From Ginglymostoma cirratum (Eukaryota): a DNA stretch of 64,000 bases. The DNA is taken from NCBI GenBank assembly GCA_024137785.1, contig JAHRHZ010000268.1, positions 6,262,772-6,326,771 of the forward strand. The letters are read 5' to 3'. Shown in pieces: positions 38,870 to 51,894 of this stretch. Position 1 is the first letter of the stretch; each line of letters begins with the position of its first letter. Below the pieces are notes generated by a model. It was not told the origin of the DNA and did no database searches. It saw only the letters and a list, made by a program, of their open reading frames with translations. The position numbers and the translations under genes were made by a program.

Positions 38870-39410
38870 GAAACATAGAAAATAGGAGCAGGAGTGAGCC
38901 ATTCAACCCTTCAAGCCTGCACCACCATTCAACATGATCATGGCTGATCATCAACCTCAGTATCCTGTTTCCCCTTTCTCCCAATACTCTTTGATCCTTT
39001 TAGCCCCAAGAATTGTATCTAACTCCTTCTTGCAAGCGCGTAATGTTTTGGCCTGAACTGCATTCTGTGGTCGTGAGTTCCACAGGCTCACCACCCTCTG
39101 GGTGAAGAGGTTTCTCCCCATCTCAATCCTAAATGGACTACCGATATCTTTGGTTCTGGACTCCCCAGTTATTAGGAACATCCCTCCTGTGTTTACTATG
39201 TCTACTCTTAGAGGTTTCTAGGTTTTATGAGAACCCCCTTCATTTTTTTTTCTAACTCTAGTAAATATAGTCCTAACTGATCCAATGTCTCTTCATACAC
39301 CAGTCCTGTCATTCCAGGAACCCATACAGTAAAACCTTTGTTCCATAGCCGTAACATCCTTTCTCAGAGAAGGAGACCAAAACTGAACACAAAATATTGT
39401 TGCCAAGCCT
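38870..39410 (-). mobile_element. CR1 LINE 3' fragment
   Basis: gaaacatagaaaataggagcagg reversed tail; RNLFTQRVVSLWNS peptide. Confidence 0.8.
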
Positions 39411-40244
39411 TTAAGCTATTACAACCTCCAATTTTCTTACTTTTTCATCCCTATCCTTCTAAATGTACCTTTTTTCCCTGCTTACCTTTTATATTTGTGC
39501 GGGTGACACAGGTCAAAATGTATGGCCAGTGACCAATATTATGGTTATGGTGATAGAAAAACTACATTCCTTCTGGACCACTGTGAAAAACACACACAAA
39601 GAAAAACTATTTTGATCTTGTATTATATTCTACCCTTAAAGCTCAGGTATAATATATCAGACCTTAGCAGCTTTTCACTAGCAACAGGTGATTGATCGGG
39701 AGTGGCCTTAGTTGCTTTTATGCTATGACCCGACCCCCTGAAACCTGGTCCAGAATGTATTGTGATTGCTGTTTCTGGAACCTCGCTGTAATGGCCACTA
39801 AGAGATCGAGTGTATGTTCTCTTCTCCCCATGTCTCTGTCAATACATGCATTTATTCTTCCACATAAAATAAATCTGGAGCTCATATTTCAACTTCCGTA
39901 AAACAGAGAATAGATTTTCCCCTCTCTCAGACCCCTTAAAACAGCCTGAATATTTTATTCTTCTTTTCTGGAAATACTTACATTGCTCCTATTAAAAATA
40001 AATTCTCTCCCCAAAAATGCTCGGACTGGCCATCGTGCAGTCGGGATCAGAAACAGTCAGGCTGGGCAAACTTGTACTTGATACGTTACTGATGCACTGT
40101 TTAAATAATTCAATTATGGAAGTCGTGTAACACATTTACAATTTAGATGTTAAAAGATATCTCAGATTTTATAGTGCGCACACATTGTCTTAACACCTTA
40201 AAATATCATTGTCCTATAGTACGTTGTCGAACAGAGATGGTGTT

Positions 40245-41459
40245 TGTTATGTCCAGATCCCATTTGGTGTTCCCCAACTTGCTACAGTTTCAAATGGGAT
40301 TTCCCAAACCATTCAGCTCCCAGGTGAGAGTGGACAAACAGGCTCCCTTTCTTTATTCACCCACCCACTCAGGTGATCACAGGTAATTTAAAAAGATACT
40401 TTTCCCTTTATGATACCTTTTTCCCTGACCCAAATGATCTTATCTTATGTTTTAAAAGGAGCCAATTTAACAAGGCTTTCTTCAGTTATCAAAGAGTGAT
40501 TTTATTAATTAGTAAATGGGAGAAGAATTCATAATGCAGTGAGGATACACACAGAACAGAAATAAGAGGTGAATCCAAAAAGATAAAATGTTAAAAGAAG
40601 CAGATATACAAATCAGTGTTTCAATTGCTTGTGAAGAATGGAGATTTGAAGTTGTGGCAATTGCAGTAGAGATTAACAGTCATGCTTGACAGTTCAACCA
40701 TTGATTTCATGATTTTCAGATCATTTGAGATCCTGTAGTGACTGCCCGTGACTGAATTACAGGGCGTGAGAGAGTCCTTTTTGTGGTCCCATTTCTATCT
40801 TTCCCTATGACTTTTGTCTAACCAACTGATTTCTAACACTCAGAGTTGAGACCCTTTGGCAGGAGTGACTGGGGATGGTTCTTTGACTGAGACTTTCACA
40901 GCATGCTAACCTAGGCAGGCACAGGCAAGAATAATCAGTTCCAGTAGCGTGCTTCGATAGAGTTAAAATTGGCTTTTTAAGCCCTATCCTTGTGTATTTT
41001 TCAAATGGAGAACCAAAATACGTGTCCAAAGTTTAAAACATAATCCGCAGGGAGCGGCTTACATGTTGAACAGAGGGTCATCAGCCCCTTATTATCTTTT
41101 GACTTGTCCCTTCCTTCCTTCAAAGAGGTGTTGTTTGAAGTTCCCTTTGGATTCATAGCTGTAAAATTCTGTAGGTCTATCTCTGCGTCCAGCCACTTAA
41201 TTTACATCCTGAGGCACATTTTGGGAGTCTGAAATAAAAATGTTCACAGTAGTTGGAGCTCTGATCTATGATCATACCTAAGGTCACACCTTGTCATGAT
41301 CATGGGTCAGAACTCCAAATACTGTGAACACTTTTACATCAACACACACACTATATACATAGTGTGTACATATACCCATAACGCCTTGTCATGACCATAG
41401 GTCAGAACTCCAAAAACTTAGATTTAAAACTCCAACCTGGATCATAACTGGGTATGACA
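40245..41459. mobile_element. Possible solo-LTR-like or unclassified repeat with subterminal hairpin
   Basis: TGTTAT...ATGACA ends, internal 41-bp inverted and 31-bp direct repeats; only a weak TSD (gtgtt/atatt). Confidence 0.25.
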
Positions 41460-42070
41460 ATATTTTCCTAAAATTTTAAAGCTTGTTGTATAGAAAATTT
41501 ACATTTTCAGGTAATATAGTCAATGTTGTCCAGTCCACTGCTTCAGAAAGTGGCTCAAGTTTTAAAATCTGTTTAATTAACCTCATTTCAGGCCAGAAAA
41601 TTACTTATTAACATTAAATAAGTTATACTAAATTGATTGTACCCACTGGATAAATGTTGGTTGCGAACCTGTGTTGCCTTTGTATATTTCCAGAGATACA
41701 GTCTATATGGATTTTGTAAGTGTATTATAGTTGTAGCTCTAAATGGTAATGCCTGCCAGCCTGAATTTTCCTGTTATAATCCCAGCAATGACCGTTCCAG
41801 CCTCTAGTACAACTTCGTGTGCAAGAGGGCAGAATGATCTGGTACAGCTTCCGGTGTGAATTTGTGTGAAAGTAATCAACTGAGTTTTCTTCAGTGATAC
41901 AAAATGGCCTGCTAGGGTTGCCAGTTGAGTCAGTGGAACCTCAAATTAATTGCAATACAACTTTATATCGTATTTACACACAGAATTGTAAACAGGCACT
42001 CAATGTGGGATTCTAAAACGAAGCCACCTTTAGTTATCCAGTAGAAGAAAGTAACAGGAACATTGTTGAG

Positions 42071-43193
42071 AGAGATAAAAGGTACTGCAGATGCTGGAGA
42101 ATCCGAGATAACAAGCATGGGGCTGGATGAACACAGCAGGTCAAGCAGCATCATAGGAGCAGGAAAACTTGACGTTTCGGGCCTAAACCCTTCATCAGAA
42201 ATGGGGGAGGGGAAGAGGGCTCTGAAATAAATAGGGAGAGAGGGGGAGGTGGATAGAGGATGGATAGAGGAGAGGATAGGTGGAGAGGAGGCAGACAAGT
42301 CGAAGAGGCGGGGATGGAGCCAGTAAAGGTGAGTGTAGGTAGGGGGGTAGGGAGGAGATAGGTCAGTCCAGGGAGGACGGACAGGTCAAGGGGGCGGGAT
42401 GATGTTAGGAGATGGGGTGTGGCTTGGGGTGAGAGGGAAAACAGGTTAGGGAGGTGGAGATAAGCTGGGCTGGTTTTAGGATGCGGTTGGGGGAGGGGAG
42501 ATTTTGAAGCTTGTGAAATCCACATTGATGCCATTGGGCTGCAGGGTTCCCAGGCTGAATATGATTTGCTGTTCCTGCAGCCTTCGGGTGGCATCACTGT
42601 GGCATTGCAGGAGGCCAAGGATGGACATGTCATCTGAGGAATGGGAGGGGGAGTTGAAATGGTTCGCGACTGGGAGGTGCAGTTGTTTGTTGCGAACTGA
42701 GCGCAGGAGTTCTGCAAAGCGGTCCCCAAGCCTCCGCTTGGTTTCCCCGATGTAGAGGAAGCCACAACGGGTACAGCGGATGCAGTATACCACATTGGCA
42801 GATGTGCAGGTGAACCTCTGCCTGATGTGGAAAGTCTTCTTGGGGCCTGGGATTGGGGTGAGGGAGGAGGTGTGGGGGCAGGTGTAGCACTTCCTGCGGT
42901 TACAAGGAAAAGTGCCGGGTGTGGTGGGGCTGGAGGGGAGTGTGGAGCGGACAAGGGAGTCGCGGAGGGAGTGGTCCCTCCAGAAGGCAGATAAGGGTGG
43001 GGAGGGAAAGATGTCTGTGGTGGTGGGGTCTGACTGTAGATGGCGGAAGTGTCGGAGGATGATGCATTGGATCCGGAGGTTGGTGGGGTGGTATGTGAGG
43101 ACGAGGGGGATTCTTTTTTGGTTATTGTTGCGGGGACGGGGCGTGAGGGATGTGTTCCGGGAAATGCGGGAGACACGGTCGAGGGCGTTCTCG
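42071..43193 (-). mobile_element. Young 5'-truncated Penelope family A copy (GIY-YIG + terminal repeat)
   Basis: near-identical to 29279-30214; VYCIRCTRCGFLYIGETKRRLGDRFAE...RLQEQQIIFSLGTLQPNGIN. Confidence 0.92.
42167..42202 (-). ncRNA. Minimal type I hammerhead ribozyme motif
   Basis: identical to 28461-28496. Confidence 0.75.
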
Positions 43194-44293
43194 GCTTAAT
43201 ACCAGATCAGGTTGAGTTTAGTGTGAATCTGGATCACCCTATTACATTCTCTAGGAAAATGTGATAGGCTAACATTACTATATTCTCTCAAAGTGAATGC
43301 TGAGTCGCAATATACTGTCTTTTTCCTTTTGTAGTGCTTGATGTATGGATCAGCCCCTCTTTTAAGAAATACATTTTAGAATTACAAGTTAAAAATGTCC
43401 ACATTACTTTGGGGTTCTGACAACAAGGTGATGTCCTTTAACATTTTCCTGAGTGACTGCATTTTAACTTTAAATAGTAAACATTTCTAGATAATTACAC
43501 AATCTCAATTTAGGGAAACATTGCTGAATGGTTGATAATAAAAGGCCTTTAAGGGGTTTGATAAAGTACACATAAAGAAAGGTTTTCCACTGGTGGAAGA
43601 ATTCAAAGTCAGGGCTGATAAACAGAAATAAATTCAATAATGAAATCTGGAAAGATGGCTTTACCTAGAGGAAGTGGTTAGAATGTGAAGCTCGCTATTA
43701 CATAGGTACATTTAAAGGTAAGCTACACAAGGAAGCAATGAACAGTAGGAAATAAACAATAACTGCAGAAAAGTTATACCAGACTCAAAACGTTAACCGT
43801 ATTTCTCTCTCCACAGATGCTGCCTGCGGAGTTTCTCCAGCATTCTCTGTGTTGGTTTCAGATTTCCAGTATATGCAGTACTTTGCTTTCAAAGAAAAGT
43901 AGGATATGTTGATAAGGTCAGATCAAGCAGGAAGAGAGGAGGCTTTTGTGGATGATATCAGCTGAAAAGCTTGATTCTATGCTGTAACTGTTAGGCGAAA
44001 ATTAAATTGAATTCAATCTTCCCATGCTGTTGATCTGAGACAACATCCACTAACTTCCCCAGATTAAAGAAATATTAGACTTTTTTTTTCCCCCACTTAG
44101 GAGATTGCCAAATACCTAATCCTGGCTCCATTTAAGACAGAATCTGGTAGAATGCAGTCAAACTATTTTCAACTAAAAAAAGTTCAAGCTACAAGAAAGA
44201 ATTAGTCCACATGAACATTGAGGCCCAGAAACCAATGTTATGCACATCCTCCTCTGTGTAAGTTCTAACCTGTGGCTCTCTTTCTTGCCTCAG

Positions 44294-44454
44294 CTGTCAC
44301 CAGGCCTTACTATGACTTTCTGACATTGCGGCAAAAACATCCAATGATGCCTTCAACCATTCCCCAACAGCAGGTCTACATGCTGGCTGAGCCCAAACGC
44401 AAACCATCCAATTTTTGGCAGAATATTGGAAGACTGACACCATTCAAGAAGTGA
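44294..44454 (+). CDS. ARHGEF4: ARHGEF4 canonical last coding exon
   Basis: ctctttcttgcctcag|, phase 1; (A)[52 protein letters not shown], the family C-terminus. Confidence 0.93.
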
Positions 44455-47149
44455 AGGGACAGCTCAGTGAACATGACTTAATGCCTTTCCAAGGGAGCAC
44501 TTTAATGACCAGTTGCAATCAGAATGAACTCCTGCTCTGTGCATGTGTGCACGCTCCAATATAAACAGTGTGTACTATTACATGACAACAATCTCCTCAT
44601 TGGAAGGAGATGGGATATCCTACATTTAATAACTTTTCTGCTGAAAGCACATCACCCTGATCTGACCAGCAACAGTGTTAACAGAAGAGTTGCCTACATA
44701 TACGCTCACATCGATAACTACAGTCAAGCTCAATGTTCTCACTCAATCCAGAAGAAACCAAGCTTGTCCCATTCTGTTGGGTGGAAAGTGTTGAGATTTT
44801 TTTAAAAGAGAAATGGTATGTCCTATACCTACACAGGAAGAGTGGATTTTTTAAAAACTGAACAGTTTGCTGTATCTGTAAGGCTGTGCAAGCATTAGGA
44901 AACAGAAAAAAAAAACTCTACAGTAAACAAGTTTCCAGAGACATCTCTCTTGCAGCAGTTTGGCCTTCTGTACTTTCAGTGGACTGAAACACTGTGTGCC
45001 TATAAGCAAATGATTATTATTGAACATTGTTGGTGAACTGAAATCACACTGTTCAAAAATCTTTTGCCAATCTTTTGGAAGAAAATGCCAAACTAACTGC
45101 ATAAATACTTAAGAGTTCCGAACTGGCAAACATCGCTAGTGTTGCTGGGCTACAGCCTGTGTTGGTGCCAGCAATGTAGAAACAGAAAGACCGTCTACAA
45201 TCGTTCCTTTCATTTCTGATACCCAGGATTTAACCCTAGGCAGATGGACAGGGTGAAGATCTCTTCCTTCTCACATCTGAACAAAACCTGGTTGCACAGT
45301 GAAGTGGACACTGCACTCAGTTGGCACTGAAATAATCAGAGCGTGTGGTCCCCTCCTCAAATATTTACAGTATTACCTTGATCACCAGATAAGTGATCGG
45401 GTTGAATTTAACCAGTGTATAGGAGGAGAGAATAACACGCCAAGTTATTATGTGCTAATGTTTATAAATGAATTGTGTAAATATTTAACAAAATGATTTA
45501 TTTATGTATATTGAATTTATTGTACTTGTTCTTGCTGTTTGGCTTCTCCAAATTCTCTCCAGTACAAATGCCTTATTAAGGAATGCACTTACCTGATTGC
45601 TTGTTTGTTTTTTTTAAATCCCCTGGTGTGGAAGCAATTTTACTTCAGAAATAATTAACTTCATTTTCCGAGAATCATAATGATGTTAGTCATTTGACTG
45701 GTGGTAGATTCGGTGATGCTGTTCCACAGTTTACTGTTCTGCATTCAAGTTAGATTTCAAACAATGATTTCCTGCAGAGAAACCTTTCTGAATGAATTAT
45801 CAAATCAAATTCTGTAAATATGAATGGCAAGTGAACACAATGAAATGCACTTGGGTCTCTGAGGGCAGTGGAATCCATAGTTAACCGCAAGACTGTACTG
45901 TAAATGTTGCCATGTTTTTCAGTGAACAGTACCCATTTGCGTCACAAAACCTGACATATTAAGGCCTGGAAGAGCACAAACTATGAGAAATATTTTGTAT
46001 TATCCCTTCCAATGTCAATATTGTTCAACAGCAAAAATTTGAAAACAGATACCCACAACAGCCTGTAACCTGTAGCACGCTGGCATTTGTACAGACAAAG
46101 TATTGATAGCCATACAGGTCCTCATCAAAAGGGAAGGAAAGTTAAGGGAAATAAATATTCACATCCTGATTAAACTTGTATGCTCAACTGTAGTAGCATC
46201 AACCTTATTGCTGAAATGGCTCACAGATGTCCCCATCATCCTGAGTTAGTCCCATTACCAACAATCTGCAGTCTGCGGTTTTGAACTTGCGAAACCCAGA
46301 GCTGAGAGGTCAACTTGCCCACTGCTGGCGCGCAACACATAAAACTTGTTTTCTTTTCATTTGCAATTAAACAAATCTGTGGCCAGTAAGGGCCTGCTGA
46401 TAGTAAAATGACATTGCTGAACTAGCAATGAGAGAGACTCACTGGAGAATAGGATCTCCAGTAACTAGTAACATCAGCAAAGCTACAAATACAGCAAATA
46501 AAATTCTAGTGTTGTTTTTCTATGGTTCTCCCTTCAAGGTACTTTAGTGATAAATTCCCCTCCTCAAAATTGGTAGCAAAACTAGTCCCAGATACATCTG
46601 ACCACAGCCCAAACAGTTCCAGAGTCTTGGTTGTAAGTTCCATCAAAAGGCACAGTGTCAACGCAGTGCAATTAGTGAAGTATTTCAGTCAACAGTAAAA
46701 GGAGGAAAAGTTTGTTGGGCAGTTATTCTATTCAAACTTCTCAGTTTTTTCTCTTGCGTGTAGGCATAACAATATCTTTGATTTTTTTTTGTTTTAGATC
46801 AAGGTCAATCCTCAGTGTCTCTGCTTTCCCCCAAATCTACTCCACAAGCTAAGGACCCCAAAAGAAATCACCCTTTAGGGTGATTGCTAGGAGGATGTCT
46901 GGAACTACTCAATTCTGACTGCAGCAGCCAGCCATGATTGTTTTATGCATCCCCTTAAAATCCAACCATTTTGTATTGGGTCACAGGAACATCCAATGTT
47001 CTTCTTTGTGCCATTCAAGCCAATGGTGTCCATCTCTGTCACAGGAGATCTTATAGAGAATGCGTAAATGATAAGGCATTTTGTAAGGTAAAGAAAGGAA
47101 AAATAAATTTCCATTGGTTGGGAGCATCAACGTTGTAAACTTACTATTG

Positions 47150-47415
47150 CTAAAAAGATTGAAGAAAAGAGTTTATGAAAAATGTTTTTACACAGCTGTA
47201 GTGTTAGGACATGAGATGCCCTATTGGAAACAGCAATGAAAGCAGAAATAAGCGCAATTTTAAAAAGGGTGTGGACAAAGGTTTGAAAAGGAAGCAATGA
47301 AAGGGATTTGGGGAAAGTGCAAGGGAAGGGGACTGTGAGGAGCTTTATCAAAGAGCCATAATAGAGACTGTGAGCTTGATGGCCACCAACTGTGCTTTAA
47401 AGTTCAATGATTCTG
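47150..47415 (+). mobile_element. Decayed CR1 3' fragment
   Basis: ttttacacagctgtagtgttaggacatg...gatggcc...ctgtgct...atgattct pattern of CR1 ends. Confidence 0.5.
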
Positions 47416-48521
47416 TGAGGGAGTATACACACTAACAGTGTCATTTAAATAACTGAGGAGGAAGTCAAAATGCAAAAATTAGTCTCCACGTTGAACAGAA
47501 AGAAATTTAGTTACAAGGTCCACATTCATAAAGGAACTGCACCCTCTGGACTTCGCTTCCTGCTTAACTTATTCGAACTGAATAGGCTGTGATCATTCAG
47601 TACTGCTCAAAAACTTATATTTATGGTTATGCAGCTTTCTGTTTAGTTCATTTTGATTTCTATTCAACTTTTTTTTTGTATCGCATGTTGTCAGTAGATG
47701 AGCTTCTCTCCTGCCTACGTCTGTGCTTCTGTTTCTTGACCATATAGACCAGTCTCTGGCCAAATTACCAAAGCAAATTTCAGTGGGTAAATTTTCTACT
47801 TGATGCATTGTCATCAAACAGGATTGGCTGGCTGTTATGGAACCTGTCCTATTTTAGTTCTCAGTGATTTATATGAAAAAGATCAGGCAGCTAATACACA
47901 ATTATAGTTTTACACCCAGCTGGCAGATTGAAAGGATTTTTATAAACAGTAAAGGAAGTCCAAATTCTGGAAATCACAGATTTTTTTCAGATGTGCAAAG
48001 TAAATATGTAAACACAGCTAAGTGTAATAAATGTCCCTCACAGGAAAGCAATTGATTTCATCATTTTTATACTGATGTGCATAAGGCTGTGTATATAGTC
48101 TGAATCCTTTACCTCCTCCCTGACACCCTCTAGATAAACATCCTGTTCCACAGCCATTTTTAGTTGGGAACAAAATGTAGCAAGCCATTCATCTCCAAGT
48201 TTGAAGGTAGTTGAGAATCCTTGATGCTGCTTGAATAAACTGACTGTCTAGATAACATCACCACTGAACACTATCAGAACTCACCTGAGAACCTGTCCAT
48301 GCTACATTTCATACAAATAAACGCGTAGTTCGCCAAGATCAAAGTCCTCATTCGGTATTTCGCAGGATTGTTTTGTACATCTCCCTTGGGTGAATGGCTC
48401 CTGGATTTTTATGATGGCAAACTGCTAATTCTCACCACTGTCCTAAGTTCCTTCCTTCCCTTAAGGGCTGCTTTACATTCCCTACATTTGCCACAGTTAA
48501 ACAGATACTGCTGTTATTCAT

Positions 48522-48690
48522 AGATAGTAGGAACTGCCGATGCTGGAGAATCTGAGGTAACAAGTTGTAGAGATGGATGAACACAGCAGGCCAGGCTGCA
48601 TTGAAGGGTCCAGACCCAAAACGTCAGCTCTCCTGCTCCTCTGATGCTGCCTGGCCTGCTGTGTTCATCCAGCTCCACACCTTGTTATCT
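48522..48690. mobile_element. Inverted pair of Penelope terminal-repeat fragments
   Basis: ggatgaacacagcaggccagg and cctggcctgctgtgttcatcc arms; decayed TSD ctgctgttattcat / ctgttgttatttat. Confidence 0.75.
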
Positions 48691-51600
48691 GTTGTTATTT
48701 ATGCTTGTTGTCATCAATTACAGATGAAGAAAGTTTCCTTCCACCTAGTGAAGGAGTATCACTCACTGAAAGCCTTTAAAAAAATTTACCATTCCAAATT
48801 TTAGGAAAAGCCCTTTATCTCTGTGCTTCATTGAAGGATACAGCAGTATCGTGGGTTGTGAATAAGTTAAAGCGGTTTCTTTAGAATGTGAGTTACTTAA
48901 AACCTTTGGCTGTTGATGTCATGTTTAGACATTACACACTAAACTTTGTCCTGTTGGGAAGAATAGGAATGCTGTAGTTGCTAGCAAAGCAAAATACATT
49001 TAGACAATTTTTTGACATTTATTTGCCTCATGACTATGTTTTTGAATAGAAAATGTTTCTATATATTACATTGGAAGATTCATTATATCATTTCAAATAC
49101 ATCATTTCAAACTAATATTACCAAAGTTTTGCATTCAACAACAATGATTCTTGGAAAAGAAAATTGATTTAATATTGTTTGGAAATAATGGGATTCCTGT
49201 ATAGTCTCATGACAGGTAGTGCACAATATAAATAAACTATTATTGTATTTTTTAACTGCTGCAACTGTAGGGTAAAAACCATTTTTAGTGAGATTAATTC
49301 CATGAAAAGCCAACACACTAATCTTGATTAGCAAACCTCACCTCAACATTTTGAAGGCAACATCCTTTGTGCTTTGCAGTCCAAATTTACAGGACACTCC
49401 ACACGACAGGTAATATTAAACATCCAGCATCGTAACAATACTGACCAGGAAACTGGACCTCAACATGTAGAAACATTTCATCTGAAATGATCAAAATTCC
49501 GCCCACACAAAGAAACAATTCTTTTAAAAATGTACTTTCTGAATGACTAAACTTTCACTGCCACGAGTTTTGGTTCTACTGTGTAGTGCACCAAAACTCT
49601 TATTGCTATGTTAATTTTGCATTTCTGTTCTTGTGCCAGGTTACAAGCATTTTTTTTTAAAGTCTGCTATCATCTGCAACAGTACATAACTTTATTTTCC
49701 ACCATTCTGTGGAAATCATTGTGGGCCAAATCTTTGTTTTATACATCTTGAACAAAGCTGACAAAAGCAAGTCAGCATCCTAATTTACATCTCTGCTACT
49801 ACTTTGTTGAATCAAGAGGAAAGTGAAATGAGCAGACTACCAGCCATTCTACACTCTTGCACAAAGTCAGAATTTACCCCGGTTCTGTTTGTCCAGCAAC
49901 ACTGAGGGTTTAGTCCTCCTCTGTTACCCAAACGTAAATCAGGTTTTCAGATTGTAAGGCGACAATATAGTTTGGAATTTACTGACAACAGTGGAATCTC
50001 AGAGCTGACTATTGTAAGCGAGGCTGTGGAATTCCCTAAACAAGGCTTTTGATGCTTCATGTAATTATTCTGGCAAATGGGTCCTGAGCTCCTCAGCATT
50101 CCCACTCCTTTACTTGTCTCAAGTATTGTTGGTCAAAGACTTTCATTAAAGTGAAATGTATCTTACTGCCTTGTTATCGTTTTGTGGTGAAAGAGCCTCC
50201 ATTCATTTTTTAGCAGTGATATCTTATCGAGTTTGGTTTCCTGAATTTAAACACCAGATTACATCAGCGAACTTGGTTCAATACGAAATAAGGCTGTGCT
50301 TAAACCAATTTTCTGTCACTGTACAAAAGGTAAAGCACTTTAAGTTGAACTGACGTACAGTGATCTAGTTCTGATCAATGAATTACAGTTAATTTGCCTT
50401 CAGTCTGTACACTTGCATATAACTTGAGCCCACTGTTGGCATGAGACCGCTTTCTCTGTACAGCCTGTGGCACCTCAGGTCTTGCGAGAGACGTGCCACG
50501 TCATGGCAACAATCAAGTCGCACTGTGCTGTTTTATATGTGGTATCTGTTCGTACTTTTGGTGAAACAATGGAAAAATCAAAAGTGCCATTTTCCAAAAG
50601 GCTCTTTATAAGCAGTCGGAGCAGGTGATGACCTTTGAAGTCAGAAGATGCCAGTTCCTGTTTGTTTGTACACATTGGGTAACCTCTTATTCTTTTGTCT
50701 GTGGCTGTGGAATAACTTGTCAGAGTTATAAAGTTTTAACAGTATTTTTGAAATCTATGGTGTAGCTTCCAAATTACTAGAGTACTAATGTGTTCAGTTC
50801 ATACTGTGCCACCAAGATTGGTTGTAATGTTTTGTATATACAATGCTCAATGATTTGTCAACCAGTTTCATAGCTCTTATGTTCCAGGAGGAATTGATTT
50901 TAGGGACTTTTTTTCCTTTCACTTGTGTGCTCGATACTTGTGATAAGCAAGTAGAATTTGCTGAAAAAATACATGACCGTGTTTGTATAAATTTTATCTT
51001 TGTACATGGATGTTTGTTTACATAAGCACTTCAAGCAAGATATGGGGAATAAATAAATGTTTTCGTTGTGTCAAAGCACTACTTAGTGCCTGAATCAATA
51101 CATTATATTGCATGTGTCCAAATGTCTGCTTGTTCCAAAGTTGTCTCAAAACTGCCCTCACAATTTTCAACCTGCTTACCTTCACCATAACTTCTGAAAA
51201 CCATAGGTGATTCTTTGTTTGCAAATAGGAACGACTGGTGTAAAATCTGACTTGACAGCGTCAAGTAACTAATCATCTGGACAGTCAGGGATACTTGGCA
51301 ACTATCTACCATCAACTTGCAAGTTGTGTATGACCTTATCCAAAGCATGTTGCAGGTGTGTGCATACATTCCAGGGAGCAATCATTAATTCATATGTACT
51401 TAGTAATCTCAGGCTCGGGGGATCTTCACTGGCCTGGAACCTGTGGATGACTGGCTTAGAACATACAACAGTACAGCACAGGAATGGGCTGTTCAACCCA
51501 TCACGTTGTGCCGAACATGATCCTTACTGCCAGCACTTAGTCCATATCCCTCCATTCTTTACACATTCATGTCTATCTAAATGCCCCTTAAAGACCCATG

Positions 51601-51894
51601 TCATATCCGCCTCCACCATCACCCCTGATTGGCTTCTGGATGATAAATCTATCCTCTCAAGAGGTGACCCCAGTGAAAAATCCATGCAAACAGCCTGAAA
51701 GGAGGTATAATAATACCCCAGACTCCAACTACAACTTGATGTGTGATGGTCATGATGTCATGCACATCCTGGCCATTCAGCACCAAGGCTGAACTAAGTG
51801 GAATTCAGCCCATTCAAGTTAAAGTCAGAATCTCAGTCGTAGAGTTCTTCAAAATGTTCTCTCCAGTGAGCACTGACTTTGATGGGACCGTAAG

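Larger units (their letters stand above)
44455..51075 (+). other. Putative long 3' UTR of ARHGEF4 with proximal and distal poly(A) signals
   Basis: TE-poor AU-rich DNA after the stop; AATAAA at 46150 and overlapping pair at 51048-51057 followed by GT-rich sequence; TGTAHATA at 45476, 45813, 48090, 50833. Confidence 0.45.

Noticed and set aside
42151-43176. 341-aa Pro/Ser-rich ORF (and similar at 29633-30142, 53980-55015)
   Set aside because: Alternative frames of the C-rich Penelope strand, not independent genes.
46866-46885. Short palindrome AATCACCCTTTAGGGTGATT; similar small hairpins near 49565-49600 and 58782-58810
   Set aside because: 9-10 bp stems are expected by chance in 64 kb.
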